Assembly: GCA_040954595.2 (NCBI GenBank) | Contig: CM082580.2 | Coordinates: 858,783-922,782, forward strand | Length of the DNA: 64,000 bases | Reading direction: 5' to 3' | Origin: Balanoglossus misakiensis | Lineage: Eukaryota > Animalia > Hemichordata | Part shown: positions 11,631 to 21,800 of the stretch, one piece after another | Layout: each line of letters opens with the position of its first letter | How positions within the stretch are numbered: the stretch's first letter is position 1 | Notes under the pieces: model-generated | The model's input: only the letters and a program-made list of their open reading frames with translations | Told to the model about the DNA's origin: nothing | Database searches by the model: none | Made by a program: the position numbers and the translations under genes

Positions 11631-11715
11631 CCCTTTCACCCCCAGTTCCTTCTATACAGGTCGAACCTTTTCATAGATAACAATGGGTTTAGACTGAACC
11701 TTGGTTGTGAAAGGG
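11631..11715. mobile_element. 85-bp piggyBac-like MITE
   Basis: TTAA|CCCTTTCACC ... GGTTGTGAAAGGG|TTAA; shares its left TTAA with a Kolobok-type end (GACTTTGTCCCT|TTAA). Confidence 0.75.
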
Positions 11716-12707
11716 TTAATGGGCTTCAATAATGAGTTTTCTTTAAAATAAGAGGGTGTTACTTAAGGGTTATTACACTAAGTTTCGTCGATAACGCGTC
11801 ATATTTGAGTGATAGTATGCCAAACTTGCATGGTATGTACAGCGTGATTACTGCACACAAACATCCCTCTGCAATACACAAACACCATCCAACTTAAAAT
11901 CAAATGCCTAACAAGTAGCTATTTGATATTTTGTGAATCGGTTTTATTCTATTCATATTATATTATTTTATATGTGATGTTGATTAACTTGCATTTTTGT
12001 CAGAATAGAGTGGTATACATACAAGGTCTTTCTAATGTCAGGTGTCTATAAAAAGATAAGCCTGTTGCATCATTGTATAAGTGGTATAAGTCCATGGTGC
12101 CAGTAAGAATTGGGGTAGGTCTTGTAATTGGAACAGTGCATGGGGGGGGGGGGGGGCTGTTATGTGCACAGTATATGTTGTTGCAGACATTTGAATGAAA
12201 TATGAAATAGCAAGAAATAGTGGGTGCATTTGTGCGACTCAATTTGTTACTATTATTTTGCAGAAGCTGAGAAAACACGCCAGTGCTGTGTACACACCTG
12301 TGCATCAAAAGGCTTCTCTGAGGATAGTCATTACACGCCCAAACGAGGGTAAATCATTCCCAGGGCAAACTATGTAAGTGTCAGTTCTTCATGTAAGCAC
12401 GCCATCGCTCACACTTCTGCATCCCCCCAGTCCACGTCAGTATATACATGCATAATACACCCCTTCTCTTTAGTACCTCATGTTATCCCATGCTTGCATT
12501 TTAATACACAGTTTAATTATGTAAATTTGTTGCTTTTAACAGGGAAACATTTTTTTTCTCAATGAATTTGTTGACATAGGTCATGTTTATTCTGAATGCA
12601 ATCATTTAGCCTTCTCTTTGTAAGTAAGTGGGGATTGAATTTTGTGAGTACTAAATGACTTTCACACCAATGTAATAATTATTGGTACTCTTTTTAATTT
12701 CAATCAG

Positions 12708-13449
12708 GTGATTCTAGACGAGGGCGAGCCTCTGCCACTGCAATATGAACGGCTTTCCAACTCCAACGTAGCGATTCCATCTGCCTGGTTGAGCATAACT
12801 TTAGGTAGATGCAAGAACAAGCCGCCATCTTACGTCATAAAAAAGCTGATGGATGGGTTGTTTAAAACCCGAACAACTGAGCGGGAAGAATACCAGCGCA
12901 TTTATTGGAACACCCTACCAGCATGTTGTAACGGCACTGACTTGTAAGTAAAAGGTTTCTTTAAAATGTCGAAATGATTGTATTCTATGATAATGACATT
13001 TTTTGCATGTCCCTGGAGTGAAATTCTTTGATTGGCTATCCCATATTCACTGGATTCAAAATAAATATCATTATAATGGTGCATCTCATCCTTATACATT
13101 TCATTTTATTTGTTCTGACCATCTACTACAAATACACTCGATGAAATTTATCAGTTAGGTCAACAGTTTTTGTACCTGAATGATATTAAGTTTTTTTCCT
13201 GAATTTTAGTTGAATTGTGTGACTTCCGGTTGGTGGAAATTACTCGTATTGGGCAACTGCATATGTAACAATTATGCTTGGCAATCTTCTCCTTATTACT
13301 GCATGGTGTAACTGATATGTGTTTATTCTTCTCTTTTTCAGTATTTGGTGTCAACAAACTGAAGATGTCAACAAAAGAGCTGATCCATGCATTCAACGCG
13401 AAATGCGCCACATGCAAACGGGCTGTCTTAAATAAAAACAGAGTGTAGT
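12708..13449 (+). pseudogene. BEN-domain protein, last two exons (12708-12942 and 13341-13449), frameshifted
   Basis: cAG|VILDEG...PPSYVIKKLMDGLFK[+1 frameshift]PEQLSGKNTSAFIGTPYQHVVTALT|GTAAGT, then cAG|LFGVNKLKMSTKELIHAFNAKCATCKRAVLNKNRV*. The L-x-x-L-F-x-x-E-x-L and N-x-K-C-x-x-x-K/R pattern is typical of BEN domains. Exon limits approximate. Confidence 0.65.
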
Positions 13450-13680
13450 AGAGTAGGAAGTTTGTAGTGTAGTTTTTTATATTGGAAAAAAATTGTAGAG
13501 TAGCAAGTTTGTAGTGTAGTTTTTTTTATATTGAAAAAAAATTAGAGTAGCAAGTTGTTTGTAGTGTAGTTTTTTATATTGGAAAAACATTTTTTGCAGA
13601 GGAGCAAGTTGTGGTGTTTATATTTGTAGTGTAGCTTTTTTATTTTTTGAAAACCAATTTTTGTAGTGTGTAGTTTTACC
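13443..13680 (+). repeat. Degenerate ~45-50-bp minisatellite
   Basis: About 4-5 copies of GTAGTGTAGTTTTTT(T)ATATTGGAAAAAAA..TAGAGTAGCAAGTTT. Confidence 0.75.
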
Positions 13681-14408
13681 ATGTTGATTTTTTAGATTTC
13701 TTAACCCTGTGATTAAAATAGATTTTTTTTTAAATAAAAACTGTTAATTATAGTTTGCTTGTCTCTGAGGTTTTATGGGGGGTGGGGGTGGGTGGTTCAA
13801 TGGTACCCCTAGTTAATTGTCTTGCTGCAAACTCACTGCAATGTTCAAATTTTCAAGGTGGCAATCTTGATTGCTGTGAACTCACTGCAGTATTCAAATT
13901 CCTGTGAACTCACTGCAGTATTCAAAATCTTGTTGCTGGAAGTTTGCAACAAATTTGCAAGTCCCCTAATTTGCATGGTAAAATCAGGACTGTTTGCCAC
14001 TTTGCAGCAGCAGTTTGCAGTGAGTTCGCAGAATCCTGCTGCAGATTTGCGGGAGGAGTTTGCAGCAGGCCCTTTTTTCGTAAGGGATGTCCATATTATG
14101 GACATCACGAGGATGCGTCACGTTATCGACCAAACTTAGTGTAATAACCCCTTTATCATACATGAACAGTAGCCCATAGCCAAGTGTGACAGGGCGATGC
14201 GATCAGGTGATCAACGTATAGGCCGTAGTATCATTCTAAGAGGGTTGGCAGCTTTCATTATGATGGGCACATGTGATTCAGGTCCCTCCCATCTACCTTA
14301 GCTGAGCTTGGGATCGCTTCGCCAAAGTTTATATGACAAGGGTGTTAGCCCATTCCTATCACAATAGGCTAGCTATATCGTTTATATGCCTTAATGAATT
14401 AATTAATA

Positions 14409-14470
14409 TGACTGACTGACGGACTGACTGACTGACTAACTGACTGACTCACTGAATGAATGAATGAAAG

Positions 14471-14503
<33 letters not shown>
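14409..14503 (+). repeat. Compound tetranucleotide microsatellite (GACT)n(GAAT)n(CAAT)n
   Basis: Read directly from the sequence. Confidence 0.9.
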
Positions 14504-14505
<2 letters not shown>

Positions 14506-15621
14506 TACCCAGACATGGCATGGAGGGATTCACCTCCTGTTGAGATGTTCGCACCCCCTAGCAAATTGTCACAGGTGGGGTGGTCAGTGGCCCTTAAAAT
14601 GATGTCACTCACATGATAGAGATATTAATTACATAACTCCTTTCCAGAGTGTGCTCTATTTATAGTCTGCACTATATACAGGTAAATGTGTAATGATATT
14701 TCAATAACTTTTGGAATCACAGGTCAGTAGAAAGGTTGATTGAACAAAAGGTTTTGAAATTCGTTCACCTTGTATTGGAACAGCTCTTACAGACATCACA
14801 ACATCATTCAACGCTAAATCTTCGTAACTTTTACATACTGTTAATATAAATATAATTATTTTTCTTTAAATTCATCCAAATATTACAATGTTTCTAGCAA
14901 TTTCATAGCTGTATTATAGTTATTAAGATAATACTGTGTGTATGATATATACTTTGTGGATAGGATACAGATCTTTGCTTATTACCAAGAATATAACACC
15001 ATGTGTTTGGATTTTAAATGCAGTTCGGAGCTGACTGTGTTGCATTTTGACTGCAAAATTAAAATATTTAGTTACATTTCCTTGCATTTAGTGTTGAAAA
15101 TGTCACTTTCAGCTTTAAAATGAGCACTGATATCTATGGAACTAGAAGAATTGTGCTTTCTATTCTACAACATACAACATTTACATTTAATCAAACAACA
15201 GGATGATATTTGACAGTCAATCAATAAATATAACATACGTGTGAGTTGCATGTACAAAACTAGACACATGTATGTATGTGATATTTAAAGGGACATTAAC
15301 TGTTACACATGCTCTACACAGAACTCCACTTGTCAGCATAACCTGTATGTGTGTAACGGCTATTGAAATGAATTCTAGTCCAGACTTGAATTCAAATTCA
15401 CAATAACAATACTGAACAGACACACCTATATTTCATCATGATTCAGGGATCTGAAGAAGACACTGCAGTAAATACTTAAAACAAAAATACTGAAAACAAA
15501 GTGAAAAGTTACAGCTAATGAAGCTTTAACTATGTTCAGAAACAAGTAGAACAGGCAATCAAAACACATTATAAACATTGAGAAAAACACCCAAAGTTAC
15601 ATGTACTACCGGTATCTATGA

Positions 15622-17221
15622 GGGCCCGTTCTGGTCAAAATTGTAGTTTATTAATAAAACATGTTAGAATTAATTTTACCAGTATATAGAATTATTTTTT
15701 ATGTGCTTTAATTATTTTTTTGTAGTCATGCAGAATTAATTTTATGTGTTCTAAATAATTATTTTAGCTTATCTTTGTTAGAAATAATTCTGCCAACATC
15801 TCGAATTATTTTTATGTGTAGACTCGAATTAATTTCACGTGTTGTGTCGAATTAATTTCACGTTGTCAAATAATATTGCCCTTACAATCCTTTGCGCGTA
15901 AATCAAGATGGCGGCGGCTGAGCATGTCTTTCTCGCCGCATAAAGTTAAAAAAGGGGCCGTTGTACAAGTTGTGAAACGTTTTGGGGCGATTTGCTGTCC
16001 AATATAAATGCAGTGTGCTCGAAAACGGCGATCGGTCCACGAGTTTTGGTCTACAGACAGAATTTTCTAGTCAAACCACTCAAAACCACTACCAGTTGGT
16101 GTAATCGCCAGCCTTGCTATGGTATAGCCCAGCTCTGCGTACAGTGTTCTTGGCGTGGAGGCCGTGTCATGGCGGGAACACACAGACCTGTACACAGAGC
16201 AAGCTGTTGCCCCGCGTTGCCAATTCGCCTTGATTGAATAAATTTTGACATCTGAACATACAAAAATTGTGTTAATTTGTTATTTTCAGAACTAAGAAAT
16301 AGCTGTAGGGCCCAGATCCCAGGAAACGGCGAATAAAATATTCCTTAAAATTTCCTTGTAAACTCAAGTTTTGTTTAAATAAATTTAAATAAAAAAGACA
16401 AAGTCTCTCTCTACATAACCATATTTAATGATAGCTTGCATTCTAGATTTACAACTGATAAGATAGGGTGTGGGGCATAGATAGTAAAGGGGCAGACCCC
16501 GAAGTCTCCCCCTCCTCTGTAGGCTGCATTCACAAACACCATTGGAGGGTGGGGGGGGGGGGGGGTGGGCGAGAGAATTAAAAAATTTTACCGCTAATTT
16601 TCACATGCCCCCCCCCTCCCCCCGACACAACCCGAAATATTTACAAATCACCCTTCCGAACTGCCAAAATTTTAAACACCCTCCCCCTCCATTTTCTTTC
16701 ACAGAGCAAAACACATCACCTATCTATCTTGTAAAAGATGATATTAATTCGACACTACACCTGTAATTAATTCAAGTCTACACGTAAAAAGAATTCGATA
16801 TGTTGGCAAAATTATTTCTAACAAAGATAAGCTAAAATAATTATTTAGAACACATAAAATTAATTCTGCATGACTACAAAAAATAATTAAAAACATTGAA
16901 TTCCCCCCAAAACGTCTCACAACTTGTACAACGGCCCCTTTTTCGAACTTTATGCGGCGAGAAAGACATGCTCAGCCGCCGCCATCTTGATTTAAGCGCA
17001 AAGGATTGTGGGGGCAATATTAATTTGACACAATGTAAAATTAATTCGACACAACACGTGAAATTAATTCGACAAAACACGTGATATTAATTCGACACTA
17101 CACCTGAAATTAATTCGAGTCTACACGTAAAAATAATTCGAGATGTTGGCAAAATTATTTCCAACAAAGATAAGCTAAAATAATTATTTAGAACACATAA
17201 AATTAATTCTGCATGACTACA
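15622..17221. repeat. Foldback-type inverted repeat built from ~21-22-bp AATTAATT subrepeats
   Basis: ~15705-15992 is the reverse complement of ~16900-17221, and 16741-16890 is a direct duplicate of ~17084-17221. The arms contain CAAGATGGCGGC / GCCGCCATCTTG. Confidence 0.75.
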
Positions 17222-18843
17222 TGTCGGTCTCTGGCCCATGGACTATAACCAAACAATGATAGTCCCAAATAAAGCCAAGCCATCAACTCCAATTTTGGTT
17301 TATTGGTGATGTTTTCTGCGATCATGCTGGATGCAATGCGGATATAATAAAACTACTCTGTGAAAAATATGTTTGTTTACAAATTTGTTCACCTTTGTGG
17401 GTATATTGAACAGAAAGGGTTACTCCCCTTAACCTCTCAACAAACAAACAATCTTGACAATATTTGTAAACATACATATTTTTGTCACACATTTTTATAT
17501 TAAACAAACACACACACACACTGCAAAGCAGGAGGAAGAGCTCCCTGTGGTCTTCCCACAAACGTTGGAATCACACTGCAGTGGTCGCCTGATTCAACCA
17601 GTAAAGGTCACATGAGGTCATCAATTGTTGTCGGTTTTCTGGTTGAATATTCTCTGAAAGCACGCCTTAACATTGATATTTTGCAATTGGTGTCAATAGT
17701 AATGAACTTTAAATAATGGAGCATCACTCGGCCCCAGTTACTAAGTTGCGATAGGGCGAAATCAACAGCGGAAACTGATTGTCGATCGTCCATGTCTCAA
17801 GCTTACCTTGTTTACGGACTGAATCAGGGGACTACAGTAACGTTATCGCGATGAATGTGATTCTACCCACACATTAAGTCGTGAAAACTATCAGTGATAT
17901 CTTAAAACACACTAAATACTGTAATGTTTCAATACTCACTCCGCCAAATCTGTATATAGGAATAATGATGGTGGACAGTGTGGGGGGCCTGAACCCATGA
18001 CTTGCAGAAAACAGCTGGTACTTGCTCGCTCCTTGGCTTTGCATGTTTTCCGCTATTCTTTCAGAGAAATATGACACCGTCCTGGATGTGTAACAAACAC
18101 TGGCCAACTAACGTCCATAGAAAAGGCGACATTGGAGTTGACGACAGAAAAAACTGGCAGATTCTCTAGCCTGCGTGTCACACATGTGTTTACAACGAAG
18201 ACACAGAACTGGTCAAAGGAAACGGGTCGAAGGTCAGCAACAGCGCCCTCTTGGGGTATATTCTGCGGAACTTTTGAAAGTTCCCGATCTCGTATCCTAA
18301 GGACGCCAGCAGAATTTCCTGCGGCATTTTAATTCTCATTCAAATATGAAAGAAACAAAACTAACCCGGTGTGAATTAGTTGGTTTAAAGGGGAGTTGGG
18401 GCAGGGTCTTCTTTCGGTAGTTTTGACCCCCAATAAGGCCTATTTACGGAGAGGATCTCTTATTCTTCAAATTTATTAATGGAAGTCGCGTATATGGGTA
18501 AGGGACCATTCAGTTTTTACGGCCGGGTGGGGCGGCAAAATCCAGGGGGGGGGGGGTCACTTAAATTTTGAAGTCCGAAAGTGGGGGTAATCTTTTTTTT
18601 TTAAACGTTTAGGGGGTCACATACTTTTGCCGCAAAACTTTTGCTTTGAGTCCACAAAATTGCAGTTTCGCGCCCTTAATTTTACAAGATTTTCTAATAT
18701 GGGAGGGGGACACCCCATCCCACACCCACCCCTCCATTCTTCGCTACATTTCATTTATTGCCTGGTTTGTCTAGTGTACAAGGGCAGACTACTTGCCACA
18801 CCACCACACCGATGCTTACTTTGAGTGGAGTGGCAAAAGTAAA

Positions 18844-21800
18844 ATGCGCAGAACACATAGATAGGCCTATGCGCATAAGAACGTTTTCCACTAGACTCTG
18901 TGGATCGACGGATAGTTCCAAAATGCCCATGGTTGCTTCCAAACAACCTCGTTTGTTTACCGAATTCTGTTGTGAGGCACATAACACATAGATAGGCCTA
19001 TGTGCATAAGAAAGTTTTCCACTAGACTCTGTAGATCGAGAGATAGTTCTAAAATATCCATGGTTGCCTCAAAACACAGCCTCGTTTGTTTACAAAAATC
19101 TGTTGTGATGCGCAGAACACATAGATAGGCCTATGCGCATAAGAACGTTTTCCACTAGACCTTTTAGATCGACGGATAGTTCTAAAATTTCCATGGTTGT
19201 TTCCAAACAGCCTCGTTTATTTACCGATTTCTGTTGTGAGGCGCTGAACACATAGATAGGCCTATGCGCATAAGAAAGTTTTCCACTAGACGCTGAAGAT
19301 CGACGGATAGTTCTAAAATTTCCATGGTTGCTTCCAAACAGCCTCGTTTATTTACCGATTTCTGTTGTGAGGCGCAGAACACATGATAGGCCCATGCTCA
19401 TAAGAAATTTTTCCACTAGACTTTGTAGATCGAGAGATAGTTCAAAAATTTCCGTGGTTGCTTCCAAACAGCCTCGTTTGTTTACAAAATTATTTTGTGA
19501 TGCGCAGAACACATAGATAGGCCTATGCGCAAAAGAACGTTTTCCACTAGACTCTGTAGATCGATGGATAGTTCTAAAATTTACATGGGTGCTTCTAAAC
19601 AGCCTCGTTTATTTACCGATTTCTGTTGTGAGGCGCTGAACACATGATAGGCCTATACGCATAAGAAAGTTTTCCACTATACTCTGTAGATCGACGGATA
19701 GTTGTAAAATTTCAATGGTTGCTTCCAAACAGCCTCGTTTATTTACCGAATTCTGTTGTGATGCGCAGAACACATGATAGGACTATGCGCATAAGAAATT
19801 TTTCCACTAGACTCTGTAGATCGACGGGTAGTTCTAAAATTTCCATAGTTGCTTCCAAACAGCCTCGTTTATTTACCGAATTCTGTTGTTAGGCGCAGAA
19901 CACGTGATAGGCCTATGCGCATAAGAAAGTTTTCCACTAGACTCTGTAGATCGACGGATAGTTCTAAAATTGCCATGGTTGCTTCCAAACAGCCTCGTTA
20001 ATTTACCGATTTCTGTTGTGAGGCGCAGAACACATGATAGGCCTATGCGCATAAGAAATTTTTCCACTAGACTCTGTAGATCGACGGATAGTTCTAAAAT
20101 GTCCATGGTTGCTTCCAAACAGCCTCGTTTATTTAATGAATTCTGTTGTGATGCGCAGAACACATGATAGGCCTATGCGCATAAGAATTTTTCCACTAGA
20201 CTCTGTAGATCGACGGATAGTTCTAAAATATCCATACTTGCTTCCAAACAGCCTCGTTTATTTACCGAATTATGTTGTGAGGCGCAGAACACGTGATAGG
20301 CCTATGCGCATTAGAACGTTTTCCACTAGACTCTGTAGATCGAGAGATAGTTCCAAAATGCCCATGGTTGCTTCCAAACAACCTCGTTTGTTTACCGAAT
20401 TCTGTTGTGAGGCACATAACACATAGATAGGCCTATGTGCATAAGAAAGTTTTCCACTAGACTCTGTAGATCGAGAGATAGTTCTAAAATATCCATGGTT
20501 GCCTCAAAACACAGCCTCGTTTGTTTACAAAAATCTGTTGTGATGCGCAGAACACATAGATAGGCCTATGCGCATAAGAACGTTTTCCACTAGACCTTTT
20601 AGATCGACGGATAGTTCTAAAATTTCCATGGTTGTTTCCAAACAGCCTCGTTTATTTACCGATTTCTGTTGTGAGGCGCTGAACACATAGATAGGCCTAT
20701 GCGCATAAGAAAGTTTTCCACTAGACGCTGAAGATCGACGGATAGTTCTAAAATTTCCATGGTTGCTTCCAAACAGCCTCGTTTATTTACCGATTTCTGT
20801 TGTGAGGCGCAGAACACATGATAGGCCCATGCTCATAAGAAATTTTTCCACTAGACTTTGTAGATCGAGAGATAGTTCAAAAATTTCCGTGGTTGCTTCC
20901 AAACAGCCTCGTTTGTTTACAAAATTATTTTGTGATGCGCAGAACACATAGATAGGCCTATGCGCAAAAGAACGTTTTCCACTAGACTCTGTAGATCGAT
21001 GGATAGTTCTAAAATTTACATGGGTGCTTCTAAACAGCCTCGTTTATTTACCGATTTCTGTTGTGAGGCGCTGAACACATGATAGGCCTATACGCATAAG
21101 AAAGTTTTCCACTATACTCTGTAGATCGACGGATAGTTGTAAAATTTCAATGGTTGCTTCCAAACAGCCTCGTTTATTTACCGAATTCTGTTGTGATGCG
21201 CAGAACACATGATAGGACTATGCGCATAAGAAATTTTTCCACTAGACTCTGTAGATCGACGGGTAGTTCTAAAATTTCCATAGTTGCTTCCAAACAGCCT
21301 CGTTTATTTACCGAATTCTGTTGTTAGGCGCAGAACACGTGATAGGCCTATGCGCATAAGAAAGTTTTCCACTAGACTCTGTAGATCGACGGATAGTTCT
21401 AAAATTGCCATGGTTGCTTCCAAACAGCCTCGTTAATTTACCGATTTCTGTTGTGAGGCGCAGAACACATGATAGGCCTATGCGCATAAGAAATTTTTCC
21501 ACTAGACTCTGTAGATCGACGGATAGTTCTAAAATGTCCATGGTTGCTTCCAAACAGCCTCGTTTATTTAATGAATTCTGTTGTGATGCGCAGAACACAT
21601 GATAGGCCTATGCGCATAAGAATTTTTCCACTAGACTCTGTAGATCGACGGATAGTTCTAAAATATCCATACTTGCTTCCAAACAGCCTCGTTTATTTAC
21701 CGAATTATGTTGTGAGGCGCAGAACACGTGATAGGCCTATGCGCATTAGAAAGTTTTCCACTAGACTCTGTAGATCGAGAGATAGTTCTAAAATTTCCAA

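Larger units (their letters stand above)
11865..14086 (+). mobile_element. EnSpm/CACTA-like remnant nested in the Harbinger-like MITE
   Basis: Right end TTTTTTCGTAAGGG|AT is preceded by dense subterminal TTTGCAG/CTCACTGCA repeats (13820-14070). Possible truncated left end AT|CCCT (2-bp TSD). Contains BEN-domain exons. Confidence 0.5.
11766..14152. mobile_element. PIF/Harbinger-like MITE expanded by a nested insertion
   Basis: ~30-bp TIRs AGGGTTATTACACTAAGTTTCGTCGATAACG / CGTTATCGACCAAACTTAGTGTAATAACCCCT with TTA on both flanks. Confidence 0.75.

Noticed and set aside
13822-14144. Three overlapping ORFs on both strands
   Set aside because: They arise from TGCA-rich subterminal repeats that happen to lack stops.
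17322-18332. ORFs or exons near 17.3-18.3 kb as the 5' part of MED25 or another gene
   Set aside because: No recognisable homology and no consistent exon chain, despite a minus-strand GTAAGC donor-like site near 17805.
16520-18740. Poly-G/poly-C tracts as functional G-quadruplexes
   Set aside because: They sit within what look like common G-rich MITE fragments (e.g. TAAGGGACCATTCAG at ~18499); nothing supports a function.
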